From NCBI RefSeq assembly GCF_013149785.1, contig NZ_JABEZU010000003.1, forward strand, positions 496,001-540,091: a stretch of 44,091 nucleotides of DNA. The letters are read 5' to 3'. Shown here piece after piece: positions 1 to 9,475 of this stretch. The notes under the pieces are model-generated. The model was given only the letters and a program-made list of their open reading frames with translations, made no database searches and was not told where the DNA came from. The first letter of the stretch is position 1. Each line of letters opens with the position of its first letter. Made by a program: the position numbers and the translations under genes. This stretch comes from Isoptericola halotolerans (GTDB lineage Bacteria > Actinomycetota > Actinomycetes > Actinomycetales > Cellulomonadaceae).

Positions 1-694
1 CCGCCTCGACGAGGCACTCGTACGCCGTCGACATGTCGAAGTCGTTGAGCAGCAGGGTGACGTCCGGGTTGGTGGCCCGTGCCTCCTCGACGGCCAGGCG
101 GATCATCTCCACCCGACCCTTGAGCCGTGCCAGCGGGGTGATCGCGTTGTCCTCGGCAGTGAAGACGGGCATGATCACGGCCTCGTTGATCGCGTCCCAG
201 GTGTCCACGAGCCCGGCGAAGCCGCCGACGTCGCGCCGGATACGTTCGCGCTGCAGCCGCTCGACCTCCTCGGGGGCCCGGCCGAGCAGCCAGCGCGGCT
301 GGACCGTGTGCCACACCAGCGGGTGGCCCTTCACCGAGACGCCGCGATCGGCGAACCACCGGGCCGCGGCCAGCATCTCCTCGGTGCGGGGAGCGCCTTC
401 CTCGGGTTCGAACGTGCCCCAGTAGAAGGGCAGGGTGGCGATGTTGAAGACGTCGAGCCAGCGGTTCGCGAAATCGTTGTCGTACGTCGCGTCGGAGGAT
501 CGGTCGTTCGCGTGGTCCACCAGCTCGAAGCCGATGCAGCCGAACCCGAAGGCGTGCGCGGTCTGGGCGACGACGACGTCGGTGTCGGCGAGCGGCGTGC
601 CGTCCGGCGCGAGGACGGTCACCAGCTCATCGGCGCGCCGGTGCGCGAGCGTGGGGTCGGGGACGTGGTCGGTCGGTGCAGTGAAGAGAGTCAC
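1..694 (-). CDS. GH10 endo-1,4-beta-xylanase-like glycoside hydrolase (runs off the left edge; absent from the ORF track)
   Basis: Manual translation from GTG at 694: MTLFTAPTDHVPDP...FNIATLPFYWGTFEPEEG...VKGHPLVWH...WDAINEA...LLNDF. KGHxLVWH and WDxxNE (acid/base Glu) are GH10 motifs. No signal peptide seen. Confidence 0.85.
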   Translation of the reverse strand, partial: MTLFTAPTDHVPDPTLAHRRADELVTVLAPDGTPLADTDVVVAQTAHAFGFGCIGFELVDHANDRSSDATYDNDFANRWLDVFNIATLPFYWGTFEPEEGAPRTEEMLAAARWFADRGVSVKGHPLVWHTVQPRWLLGRAPEEVERLQRERIRRDVGGFAGLVDTWDAINEAVIMPVFTAEDNAITPLARLKGRVEMIRLAVEEARATNPDVTLLLNDFDMSTAYECLVEA

Positions 695-718
695 AGACCC
701 ATCGTGCCCCACCCGGCG

Positions 719-1948
719 TCAGGAGTGGTCGAACATCCGCACCGTGAGCTCACGCCACAGCTGCGTCCCCACACCACCGGGCGCCGCGTCGAACACGTGG
801 GTCGCCGCGGGGAGGACCACGAGCTCGTGGGCGACGCCCGCGCCGGTCAGCACCCCGGCCAGCTCCTCGGCCCCGGCGGGTGGCACCAGGTGGTCCGACG
901 CGCCGACCACCATCAGCGTCGGAGGTGCACCGGGGGTGACGTGCCCGGCCGGGGTGATCGCGGCGTACCGGTCCGGGTGCTGCTCCGGGGAACCGCCCGT
1001 GTACTGCTCGGCCAGCGACCGCCCGACGTCCCCCATCACGGGGTCGTCGTTGTCGTAGGCGCCCACCGGCGAGGCCACCGGGTACAGCGTGCTCACCGCC
1101 GAGACCGGAGGCACCGAGCCCTCGCACTCCGGGTCGAGGTCGCCCGACGCGGTGCGGTACGCGACCTCGAGCGCCAGGTTGCCACCCGCGGAGTCACCGG
1201 CCAGGAAGACACGGCCCGGGTCGCCGCCGTGATCGGCGGCGTGCTCGCCCACCCAGGCCAGGGCGCAGGCCACCTGCGGTTCGACGGCGTCCCAGCGGTG
1301 CCGCTCGTCGCTCGAGAGCGGGTAGTCGATGCTGACGGCCAGATAGCCCTGACCGGCGAACCAGGCCGCGTGCGACGCCGTCGTGCGCTGCGTCCGCTCC
1401 CCCGAGACCCAGCCGCCGCCGTGGACGAGGACCACGACCGGCGCAGGGCCGTCCGGCCCTCCCTCCGGCAGCCAGAGAGAGAGGTTCTGGGGGTCGCCCT
1501 CGTCGTCGCCGTACTGGGCGTCGACGTCCGGCGCGACGTCCCCCGGCGTGACCCGGAAGAGCTCGACGATCCGGATCCCGACGGCGTGCTCCTGCGCCAC
1601 CCGGAGCTGCTGGGTCACCACCGCGAAAGACAGCCCGGCGGCCAGCAGCCCGCCGGCGACGGCCACGACCCGGGTCACGGAGCCACGGCGCATCAGCGCG
1701 ACGGCCGCCGCCACGGTCACCGCGAGCCCGAGGACGACCATCCACGGCGCCCAGGCTGCCGCGTAGCCACCGACGTGCCCCCACCAGGGCACGGACGGCA
1801 GGAAGGCGCCGGCCGACACCACGGCGAGCAGCACCGCCAGGACGGCGAGGAGGCCGACGACGACGTTCGGGCGGCGACGGGTCGCGCCGCCGCCGTCCGT
1901 GGTTCCGGCGGCCGGACCTGCGGCGTGATGAGGTCGGTGGGCGGTCAC
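719..1948 (-). CDS. Membrane-anchored alpha/beta hydrolase (HSL-like/BD-FAE-like esterase)
   Basis: HGGGW oxyanion motif, GDSAGG nucleophile elbow, C-terminal D (SDHLVP) and H (THVFD), and three N-terminal hydrophobic helices. Start placed at GTG 1948, 7 nt after a CAGAGT -10-like hexamer; 1957 is an alternative. Confidence 0.85.
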   Translation of the reverse strand: MTAHRPHHAAGPAAGTTDGGGATRRRPNVVVGLLAVLAVLLAVVSAGAFLPSVPWWGHVGGYAAAWAPWMVVLGLAVTVAAAVALMRRGSVTRVVAVAGGLLAAGLSFAVVTQQLRVAQEHAVGIRIVELFRVTPGDVAPDVDAQYGDDEGDPQNLSLWLPEGGPDGPAPVVVLVHGGGWVSGERTQRTTASHAAWFAGQGYLAVSIDYPLSSDERHRWDAVEPQVACALAWVGEHAADHGGDPGRVFLAGDSAGGNLALEVAYRTASGDLDPECEGSVPPVSAVSTLYPVASPVGAYDNDDPVMGDVGRSLAEQYTGGSPEQHPDRYAAITPAGHVTPGAPPTLMVVGASDHLVPPAGAEELAGVLTGAGVAHELVVLPAATHVFDAAPGGVGTQLWRELTVRMFDHS

Positions 1949-2009
1949 GGGGGCCACTCTGGCACGGAGGTCCGCCCGAGCGCACCCGTCGTCGCCTACG
2001 CTTCCGGGC

Positions 2010-2534
2010 GTGCTGCGACACACCGTCACGATCCGCGACCGCTCCGACAGCGACCTGCCCGACCTCGTCGAGGCCCTCGGCGCGCAGCAACCCACCTCGG
2101 GCTACCCGCACCGGTGGCCGCTGCCGTTCGCCGCCGAGGAGTTCATCACCCGCCCTGCGGAGGAGCGCGCCTGGGTCGCCGAGCTCGACGGCCGGGCGCG
2201 CGGGCACGTCAGCGTCACGACGGTGCCGGACGACGAGCACGGTGCCCTGTGGTCGGCCGGCGCCGGACGTCCCGTGGCCGAGCTCGGGTGCGTCTCGGTG
2301 CTCTTCGTCCATCCCGAGGCCCAGGGCCACGGGGTCGGCGGTCGCCTGCTGGACGCCGCTACCGGGTGGATCCACCGCACCGGACGTACCCCCGTGCTCG
2401 ACGTCGACGATCGCGACGGCGTGGCGCACGCCGTCTATCTGCGCCGGGGGTGGCAGGTCGTGGCAGAGGCACGGTTCGACTGGCAACGCGAGGACGCCCC
2501 GCCCGCTCGGCTCATGGTGCTGCCCGACCCCTGA
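2010..2534 (+). CDS. GNAT family N-acetyltransferase
   Basis: LFVHPEAQGHGVGGRLL acetyl-CoA motif A and AVYLRRGW motif B. Confidence 0.88.
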   Translation: MLRHTVTIRDRSDSDLPDLVEALGAQQPTSGYPHRWPLPFAAEEFITRPAEERAWVAELDGRARGHVSVTTVPDDEHGALWSAGAGRPVAELGCVSVLFVHPEAQGHGVGGRLLDAATGWIHRTGRTPVLDVDDRDGVAHAVYLRRGWQVVAEARFDWQREDAPPARLMVLPDP

Positions 2535-2546
2535 CCCCACGCACGA

Positions 2547-2583
2547 CGAGGCCCCGCCGTCCGGAGCGGACGGCGGGGCCTCG
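2547..2583. terminator. GC-rich hairpin, likely bidirectional intrinsic terminator
   Basis: CGAGGCCCCGCCGTCCG-gag-CGGACGGCGGGGCCTCG, a perfect 17-bp stem between convergent genes. Confidence 0.75.
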
Positions 2584-2604
2584 AGGTGACAGCGGGTGCT
2601 CAGC

Positions 2605-3804
2605 TCACGGCTGCGGCGGCGGAGGCGTTCCCTGGTCGTCGGTGCCGAGCGTGCGGGGCTGCGGCGGCACCGGCGGTGCCGGCGGCTGCTCGCCGGCGGG
2701 CCGCTGACCACGTTCTGCACCGGGCTCGAACGGTGACCCGGAGCGGGTGCCCGAGCTCGTCGCGTCGGCCGTGGCGGCCTGGGCCTGACGGCGGGCCTCG
2801 GCGAGAGCCTCGCCCGGGTCCTGCAGGCCGGACTGGCCGAGCGCGGACTGCAGCGCACTGCTCACCCCGCCGTCGCTGTCGTCGTCGCCCGGCTCGGCGG
2901 GGATGCCCGGGGTGCCCGGGGTGCCGCCGAAGCCCTTCGCGATCGAACCCAGCGCCGCGGTGAACTCGGTGGGGACCACCCACAGCTTCGACGAGGACCC
3001 GTTGGCGATCTCCGGCAGCATCTGCAGGTACTGGTACGCCAGCAGCTTCGGGTCGGGGTTGCCCCGGTGGATGGCCTCGAAGACCTGCAGGATGGCGCGC
3101 GACTCACCCTCGGCCGTCAGGATCTGTGCCTGGGCGTCACCCTCGGCCTTGAGGATCTGCGACTGCTTCTCACCCTCGGCCGTGAGGATCGCGGACTGCT
3201 TGACACCCTCGGCCGTGAGGATCGCGGCGCGACGGTCACGCTCGGCGCGCATCTGCTGCTCCATCGCGCCCTGCACGGAGGCCGGCGGCTCGATCGACTT
3301 GAGCTCGACACGGTTCACGCGGACGCCCCAGCGCCCGGTGGCCTCGTCCAGCACACCACGGAGCTGGCCGTTGATCTGGTCACGGCTGGTCAGCGTCTGC
3401 TCGAGGTCCATCGAACCGACGACGTTACGCAGCGTCGTGACGGTGAGCTGCTCGATACCGCTGATGTAGTTCGCGATCTCGTACACGGCCGACTTGGGCT
3501 CGGTCACCTGGAAGTAGATCACCGTGTCGATGCTGACGACCAGGTTGTCCGAGGTGATCACCGGCTGCGGCGGGAAGGACACGACCTGCTCGCGCAGGTC
3601 GACGCCGGCACGCACCTTGTCGACGAAGGGGAACAGGAAGTTCAGGCCCGGCGCGAAGGTCTTGTTGTACCGACCCAGCCGCTCCACGATCAGGGCGGTC
3701 GCCTGCGGGACCACCCGGACCGCCTTGAAGAGGGTCACGATGACGAAGATGGCCAGCGCGATCAGGAAGATGTAAAGGACGATGGTTCCCGGTTCTGGTT
3801 CCAC
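2605..3804 (-). CDS. SPFH/band-7 (stomatin-like) membrane protein
   Basis: N-terminal TM, IVERLGRY...PGLNFLFPFVD, VDLREQV...PPQPVITSDN, AERDRRAAILTAEG repeats and a Pro-rich tail. Start GTG 3804 follows a purine-rich RBS; ATG 3828 is an alternative. Confidence 0.92.
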   Translation of the reverse strand: MEPEPGTIVLYIFLIALAIFVIVTLFKAVRVVPQATALIVERLGRYNKTFAPGLNFLFPFVDKVRAGVDLREQVVSFPPQPVITSDNLVVSIDTVIYFQVTEPKSAVYEIANYISGIEQLTVTTLRNVVGSMDLEQTLTSRDQINGQLRGVLDEATGRWGVRVNRVELKSIEPPASVQGAMEQQMRAERDRRAAILTAEGVKQSAILTAEGEKQSQILKAEGDAQAQILTAEGESRAILQVFEAIHRGNPDPKLLAYQYLQMLPEIANGSSSKLWVVPTEFTAALGSIAKGFGGTPGTPGIPAEPGDDDSDGGVSSALQSALGQSGLQDPGEALAEARRQAQAATADATSSGTRSGSPFEPGAERGQRPAGEQPPAPPVPPQPRTLGTDDQGTPPPPQP

Positions 3805-3871
3805 GAGCTCTCTTTCCGTTGTAGGCATCGTTCCGGGGACCGCGGCGCAGCGGTCGCCCCCGGACGGTCGA

Positions 3872-4366
3872 TCAGGGCAGCAGGCCGGTCCCGCTGCTGT
3901 CAGGGTTCGAGCTCGGCGTGCCGGCAGGGGCGACGACGGCGGTCGCCCCGTCGATCGTCACCACACGGACCTCGACGCCCGCCGGGACACGGCCCGAGCT
4001 GTTGGGCAGGCCGTCGTCCACCAGGCGGGCGGACCACACCTCGCCGGCGAGCTTGACCCGCCCGCCGGTCTCGGTGACCTCCGCGACGACGACGGCGGTC
4101 CGGCCGACGTGCGCGGCGGCGTTCGTCTCGACGAGCGGGGTGCGCTGGCGCAGGTTCTGCACCAGCCACGGCCGCAGGAGGGCCAGCAGCAGGAGCGAGA
4201 CGGTGCAGGCCACGATGATCTGCAACCACACCGGCCCCCCGGCTGCGGCCGTCGCCCCGCCGGCCAGCGCTCCGCCGGCCAGCATGATGAAGACCAGCTC
4301 CAGGGCGAACATCTCGATCACCGCGAGGACGAACGCCCCGATCAGCCACCAGAGCCAAGCATCCAT
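3872..4366 (-). CDS. NfeD family membrane protein (SPFH partner)
   Basis: MDAWLWWLIGAFVLAVIEM TM helices plus OB-fold GRVKLAGEVWSAR; directly upstream of SPFH; GGAGG RBS before ATG 4366. Confidence 0.88.
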   Translation of the reverse strand: MDAWLWWLIGAFVLAVIEMFALELVFIMLAGGALAGGATAAAGGPVWLQIIVACTVSLLLLALLRPWLVQNLRQRTPLVETNAAAHVGRTAVVVAEVTETGGRVKLAGEVWSARLVDDGLPNSSGRVPAGVEVRVVTIDGATAVVAPAGTPSSNPDSSGTGLLP

Positions 4367-4470
4367 CGGTTCCTCCGGTCTCGAGGTTCTCGGGAGCCCA
4401 CGACCCCGAACAGGCCGCACGCACGGTCTTTTGCTCGAACTTTACCAACTCCGCGGCACGGCGGGTACGC

Positions 4471-5268
4471 CTACCGTCCGGCGGGTCGCGCCGCCCTGGC
4501 CAACCACCGACCGCCGCCGTGGGCCACGAGCAGATCCATGCCGAAGGCGCGTGAGAGGTTCTCGGACGTGAGGACCTCCTCGAGGGGTCCTGACGCCTCG
4601 ACCTTGCCGTCACCGAGCAGCAGCAGGTGCGTGAAGCCCGGGGGGATCTCCTCGACGTGGTGGGTGACGACCACGAGCACCGGCGAGGACGGGTCCCCGG
4701 CGAGCTCCGCGAGCGCCCCGACGAGCTCCTCGCGCCCCGCCACGTCGAGCCCGGCGGCCGGCTCGTCCAGCAGCAGGACCTCGGGATCGGTCATCAGCGC
4801 CCGCGCGATCTGCACGCGCTTGCGCTCGCCCTCGCTGAGGGTGCCGTACCGCCGGTCGGCGAGGTCAGCGACGTCGAACGCCCCCAGCAGCGCCAGCGCC
4901 TGCTCGGTGTCCAGCTCCTCGTACTCCTCGCGCCAGCGTCCCGTGACCCCGTACGCGGCGGTCAGCACCACGTCGCGCACGCTCTCGTGGTGCGGGATCT
5001 TGTCGGCGAGGGCCGCCGAGGAGAAGCCGATGCGCGGACGCAGCTCGAAGACGTCGACCTTTCCGAGACGCTCACCCAGGAGGTCGGCCGTCCCCGACGT
5101 CGGGTGGGACCGCGCTGCGAGGATCTGCAGCAGGGTGGTCTTGCCGGCCCCGTTGGGGCCGAGCACGATCCAGCGCTCCCCCTCGGAGACGGTCCAGTCG
5201 ACCGCGTCGACGATCGTGGAGGTTCCGCGTCGGACCGTGACGCCCTGCAGGTCGAGTACCGCGCTCAT
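4471..5268 (-). CDS. ABC transporter ATP-binding protein (single NBD, no permease adjacent)
   Basis: Walker A GPNGAGKT, signature LSEGERKR, Walker B LLLDEP, H-loop VTHH. Confidence 0.9.
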   Translation of the reverse strand: MSAVLDLQGVTVRRGTSTIVDAVDWTVSEGERWIVLGPNGAGKTTLLQILAARSHPTSGTADLLGERLGKVDVFELRPRIGFSSAALADKIPHHESVRDVVLTAAYGVTGRWREEYEELDTEQALALLGAFDVADLADRRYGTLSEGERKRVQIARALMTDPEVLLLDEPAAGLDVAGREELVGALAELAGDPSSPVLVVVTHHVEEIPPGFTHLLLLGDGKVEASGPLEEVLTSENLSRAFGMDLLVAHGGGRWLARAARPAGR

Positions 5269-5386
5269 GGTGCCCGACCCTACCGGAGCGAGGACGACCA
5301 CCGGACCGCCCGCGAGGCTCTGGCCACCCGGTCCACGAAGCGGCGCGACGGGCGCCGGTCCTGCTCCGGCGTCTATCGTGCGAAGC

Positions 5387-6154
5387 GTGAGCGAGTCGAA
5401 CACCCTGCCCCGCAGCGTCGTCCTGGCGCTGTGGCTCCAGTCGCTCGGCGTCCCGCACGGCCTGGCGGTCCGGTCCGTCACCGACGACGACGAGCCGCAC
5501 ACCGTCGTCGGGCTGCCCGGCGCCGGGACGGGTCAGGTCACGCTCAAGGAGCTCGTCGCGACCTTCGCGGACGGACCTCGCGAGGTCTGCGCGGTGCTCC
5601 CTGCCCCGGGTGACCCCTCGGGCGTCCCCGCTCCGGCCGCAGCGGCAGCCACCGAGGCCGGTGAGTGCCTGCTGGTCAGCACCGCTGACGGTGCGTGGGC
5701 CGCCGTGCCTCGCATCACCGCCTTCGGCAGCACGTTCGAGACCGGTCACCTCGTCACGTGGGAGGTGGTCGAGGTCCCCCCGTGGTCCACCCTGGTGGCC
5801 GGGGCGCTGGGGTCGTTGGCGGACGCGGAGCGCGAGCTGCGCACCAGCCTCGTGACCGCCACCGAGGCCCTCGACGCCCTCGACGTGGCACGCTGGCGCG
5901 ACGACGCCGCGGACGCCATCGAACGGGTGCGCAGCTCGACCACCGACCGCTGGCCCGTGCCGGACCTCGACGGGCGGCGAGCGAGGGTCATGCAGCTCGC
6001 CACCCGTCTGCTCGCCATCGTCGACCTCGCGACCGACGACGACGGCGCCGCGGTGAACCTGTGGCAGGTCGACCAGCGGTCGACGGCGCTGCGAGAGGTC
6101 GAGCGCACCGCCCGGCGCGCGCTCGGCGCCGCGACCTACGCCACCGTGCCCTGA
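5387..6154 (+). CDS. Hypothetical protein
   Basis: C-terminal part of the 3782..6154 frame (MSESNTLPRSVVLALWLQ...) with strong GC3 bias; fills the gap between the ABC ATPase and glgA; TATCGT-N7-GTG start. Confidence 0.75.
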   Translation: MSESNTLPRSVVLALWLQSLGVPHGLAVRSVTDDDEPHTVVGLPGAGTGQVTLKELVATFADGPREVCAVLPAPGDPSGVPAPAAAAATEAGECLLVSTADGAWAAVPRITAFGSTFETGHLVTWEVVEVPPWSTLVAGALGSLADAERELRTSLVTATEALDALDVARWRDDAADAIERVRSSTTDRWPVPDLDGRRARVMQLATRLLAIVDLATDDDGAAVNLWQVDQRSTALREVERTARRALGAATYATVP

Positions 6155-6158
6155 GCCC

Positions 6159-7385
6159 TCACGGGCGCGCGAGCACCGAGCGGTACACGTCCATCGTCCG
6201 CTCGGCGATCGCCGTCCAGGCGAAGTGCTCCTCGGCGCGGCGCCGTCCTGCCGCCCCCATCGTGGCGGCGCGCTGCGGATCGTCGACGACGGCGGTGAGC
6301 GCGGCGGCCAGATCGCTCACCCACCGCTCGCGATCGAGCGGGGTCCCGGTGCCGTCGTCCGCCTGCTCGAGGGGGACGAGCACCCCCGTGACGCCGTCGT
6401 CGACCACCTCGGGGATCCCGCCGGTCGCCGTGGCCACGACGGGCAGGCCCACGGCCATCGCCTCGAGGTTGACGATCCCGAGGGGCTCGTAGACGGACGG
6501 GCACGCGAAGACCGTCGAGGCCGCGAGCACGGCGCACAGCTCCGGCCGGGGCAGCATCTCCTCGATCCACACCACGCCGGCGGCCGTGCCTCCACGTGCC
6601 TGGCGCAGGTCGTCGACCAGGGACCGGACCTCCGCCATGATCTCCGGGGTGTCCGGGGCTCCCGCGCACAGGATCACCTGGACCTCGCGCGGCAGCCGCG
6701 CCGCGGCTCGCAGGAAGTCGGGAAGCCCCTTCTGGCGCGTGATGCGCCCGACGAACACCACGGCCGGGCGCGCCGGGTCGATCCCGTGGTCCACCGCCAC
6801 CCGGGCGATCTCCTCGTCGGACGGCCTGACCCAGCCGTCCAGGTCGATCCCGTTGTGCACCACGTGCACCCGCTCGGGGTCCAGCTCCGGGTAGCAGCGC
6901 AGGATGTCCGCTCGCATCCCCGCCGAGACGGCGACGATCCCGGACGCGCCCAGGTAGGCGGTGCGTTCGGCCCAGCTCGAGACGGCATACCCGCCACCCA
7001 GCTGCTCGGCCTTCCAGGGGCGCAGCGGCTCGAGCGAGTGGGCCGTGACCAGGTGCGGCACGCCGTGCAGCAACCCGCCGAGATGGCCGGCCATGTTCGC
7101 GTACCAGGTGTGCGAGTGCACGACGTCCGCGCCGGCGACGTCGTCCGCCATGGCCAGGTCCACGCCGAGCGTGCGCAGGGAGGCGTTGGCCCCGGACAGC
7201 GTGGCGGGCTCCTCGTACCCGGTGACACCGGCGGCGTCGGGCCGGGGGCCGTCGAAGCAGCGCACGCGCACGTCGGCATGCGGACGCAGCACGGCCGACA
7301 GCTCGGCGACGTGCACGCCGGCGCCGCCGTAGACGTGGGGCGGGAATTCTCGGGTCAGCAGGTCGATCCTCAGGGGGGAGCTCAC
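6159..7385 (-). CDS. glgA: Actinobacterial glycogen synthase GlgA (GT4; GlgM-type alpha-maltose-1-phosphate synthase)
   Basis: LLTREFPPHVYGGAGVHV, HSHTWYAN, HSLEPLRPWKAEQLGGGY, GRITRQKG, YEPLGIVNLEAMA; divergent from glgC. Confidence 0.93.
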   Translation of the reverse strand: MSSPLRIDLLTREFPPHVYGGAGVHVAELSAVLRPHADVRVRCFDGPRPDAAGVTGYEEPATLSGANASLRTLGVDLAMADDVAGADVVHSHTWYANMAGHLGGLLHGVPHLVTAHSLEPLRPWKAEQLGGGYAVSSWAERTAYLGASGIVAVSAGMRADILRCYPELDPERVHVVHNGIDLDGWVRPSDEEIARVAVDHGIDPARPAVVFVGRITRQKGLPDFLRAAARLPREVQVILCAGAPDTPEIMAEVRSLVDDLRQARGGTAAGVVWIEEMLPRPELCAVLAASTVFACPSVYEPLGIVNLEAMAVGLPVVATATGGIPEVVDDGVTGVLVPLEQADDGTGTPLDRERWVSDLAAALTAVVDDPQRAATMGAAGRRRAEEHFAWTAIAERTMDVYRSVLARP

Positions 7386-7453
7386 GAGAGCCAACGTAGC
7401 GCTCACCGCCGCGTCGCGCGGCATGCGTGGCCCTGAGGTCCTAGGGTCAGGGC

Positions 7454-8698
7454 ATGGCGTCGTCAAACCCCCGCGTCCTGGCCATCGTCCTCGCCGGCGG
7501 AGAGGGCAAGCGACTCATGCCGCTGACTGCCCAGCGCGCCAAACCCGCGGTCCCCTTCGGCGGCATCTACCGGCTCGTGGACTTCGCGCTGTCCAACATC
7601 ATCAACTCCCGGTACCTCCAGGTCATCGTGCTGACGCAGTACAAGTCGCACTCGCTGGACCGGCACATCTCCAAGACCTGGCGCATGTCCCCGCTGCTCG
7701 GCAACTACGTGTCCTCGGTCCCGGCACAGCAGCGCGTCGGCAAGCACTGGTACCTCGGGTCCGCCGACGCCATCTACCAGTGCCTGAACATCATCGACGA
7801 CGAGCGTCCCGACATCGTCGTCGTGGTCGGCGCGGACCACGTCTACCGCATGGACTTCTCGCAGATGGTGGACGCGCACGTCGAGTCCGGCGCGCGCGCC
7901 ACCGTCGCTGCGATCCGCCAGCCGATCGCGCTCGCCGACCAGTTCGGCGTCATCGACGTCGAGCCCCAGGACCCGACGCGCATCCGCGACTTCCTGGAGA
8001 AGCCGGTCGCCCCGGTGGGGCTGCCGGACTCGCCCCGCGAGGTCCTGGCCTCCATGGGCAACTACGTCTTCGACGCCGACGCCCTGGTCGAGGCCGTCAC
8101 GAAGGACGCCGCGGACCCCGACTCACGGCACGACATGGGCGGGGACATCGTCCCGGCGTTCGTCCGGGAGGGGACGGCCGGCGTCTACGACTTCATCCGC
8201 AACGAGGTGCCCGGCTCCACGGACCGCGACCGCGCCTACTGGCGCGACGTCGGCGCCATCGACGCCTACTTCGACGCCAACAAGGACCTCATCGCCGTCC
8301 AGCCGGTGTTCAACCTGTACAACGAGGACTGGCCTCTCTACACCGGGTACACGGGGCTCCCGCCGGCGAAGTTCGTGCACGCCGGGCCCGGCCGCCTGGG
8401 GCACGCCGCAGACTCGATCGTCTCACCTGGTGTCCTCGTCTCCGGTGCGACCGTCGCAGGGTCCATCCTGTCGCCGGGCGTGCACCTGCACTCCTGGGCG
8501 ACGGTCACCGACTCCGTGGTGATGGACGGCGTCCAGGTGCACCGGCACGCCCAGGTGCACCGCGCCATCCTCGACAAGTTCGTGGTGGTGGACGAACGCG
8601 CCCGGATCGGGGTCGACCACGAGGAGGACCGGGCGCGCGGCTTCACCGTCACCGAGTCGGGGATCACCGTCGTCCCGAAGGGTTCTCACGTTGCCTGA
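7454..8698 (+). CDS. glgC: Glucose-1-phosphate adenylyltransferase
   Basis: [35 protein letters not shown] and a C-terminal left-handed beta-helix. Confidence 0.96.
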   Translation: MASSNPRVLAIVLAGGEGKRLMPLTAQRAKPAVPFGGIYRLVDFALSNIINSRYLQVIVLTQYKSHSLDRHISKTWRMSPLLGNYVSSVPAQQRVGKHWYLGSADAIYQCLNIIDDERPDIVVVVGADHVYRMDFSQMVDAHVESGARATVAAIRQPIALADQFGVIDVEPQDPTRIRDFLEKPVAPVGLPDSPREVLASMGNYVFDADALVEAVTKDAADPDSRHDMGGDIVPAFVREGTAGVYDFIRNEVPGSTDRDRAYWRDVGAIDAYFDANKDLIAVQPVFNLYNEDWPLYTGYTGLPPAKFVHAGPGRLGHAADSIVSPGVLVSGATVAGSILSPGVHLHSWATVTDSVVMDGVQVHRHAQVHRAILDKFVVVDERARIGVDHEEDRARGFTVTESGITVVPKGSHVA

Positions 8699-9434
8699 CC
8701 GCGCACCTGCCGCGCCGCTCCCGACCGACCTGTCCGTCCGCCGTCGTCGGCTCGTCGTGACCGACGTCGACTCGACGTTCCTGACCCAGGAGGTCATCGA
8801 GCTCATCGCCGAGCACGCCGGCACCCGCGACGAGGTCGCGGCCGCGACCGAGCGGGCCATGCGCGGCGAGCTCGACTTCGCCGCCTCCCTGCGGGAGCGG
8901 GTGGCCACGCTGGCAGGCGTCCCCGTGTCCGCGCTGGACGCGGTGCGCGAGGCCGTCGTCCTGACGCCCGGTGCCGCGGAGCTGGTCGCCGAGGTGCACC
9001 GCCGTGGCTGGGAGTTCGGACTCGTCTCCGGCGGCTTCGCCGAGATCCTTGCCCCCCTCGCCGCGGCGCACGGCATCACCCGCTGGCGGGCGAACGAGCT
9101 CGAGGTGACCGACGGCGTCCTGACGGGCAGGACCGTCGGCCCGGTCGTGGACCGGGCCTACAAGGAGGTCACCCTGCGCGAGTGGGCGTCCGAGCTGGGC
9201 CTGGACATGGCCGACACCGTCGCGGTGGGCGACGGCGCCAACGACCTCGACATGATCGGCGCCGCCGGCATCGGCATCGCCTTCGCCGCCAAGCCGCTCG
9301 TGCGCGCCGAGGCGCCGTACAGCATCGACGGACCGCGGCTCGACGAGGTGCTGCAGATCATCGACGACGTGGAGCTCGGCGAACGGCACGCACGTCCGGC
9401 GACCGACGGCGCGGAGGACACGCTCTCGAGGTGA
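8691..9434 (+). CDS. serB: Phosphoserine phosphatase (HAD family)
   Basis: DVDST motif [38 protein letters not shown]. Confidence 0.92.
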   Translation: MPDRAPAAPLPTDLSVRRRRLVVTDVDSTFLTQEVIELIAEHAGTRDEVAAATERAMRGELDFAASLRERVATLAGVPVSALDAVREAVVLTPGAAELVAEVHRRGWEFGLVSGGFAEILAPLAAAHGITRWRANELEVTDGVLTGRTVGPVVDRAYKEVTLREWASELGLDMADTVAVGDGANDLDMIGAAGIGIAFAAKPLVRAEAPYSIDGPRLDEVLQIIDDVELGERHARPATDGAEDTLSR

Positions 9435-9475
9435 TGTCCAGGGACGTGGTTGGCGGACACGTCCCTGGACATCAC
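9431..9475. repeat. Perfect 18-bp inverted repeat with 9-nt spacer (terminator-like; possible IS-end/MITE remnant)
   Basis: GTGATGTCCAGGGACGTG-gttggcgga-CACGTCCCTGGACATCAC; the arms contain the stop codons of both flanking convergent genes. Confidence 0.8.

Noticed and set aside
308..2858. Long alternative-frame ORFs (308..2707 +, 1194..2858 -; similarly 14341..15954 +, 24779..26524 +, 31441..33183 +, 35832..38018 +, 38012..40684 +, 40740..42848 +)
   Set aside because: Shadow ORFs expected in high-GC DNA where stop codons are rare. They lie antisense or off-frame to well-supported genes and are R/G/P/H-rich without motifs.
3097..3230. 33-bp periodic repeats in the SPFH gene (ILTAEG x4)
   Set aside because: Protein-level 11-residue coiled-coil repeats typical of this family; not a CRISPR or DNA repeat array.
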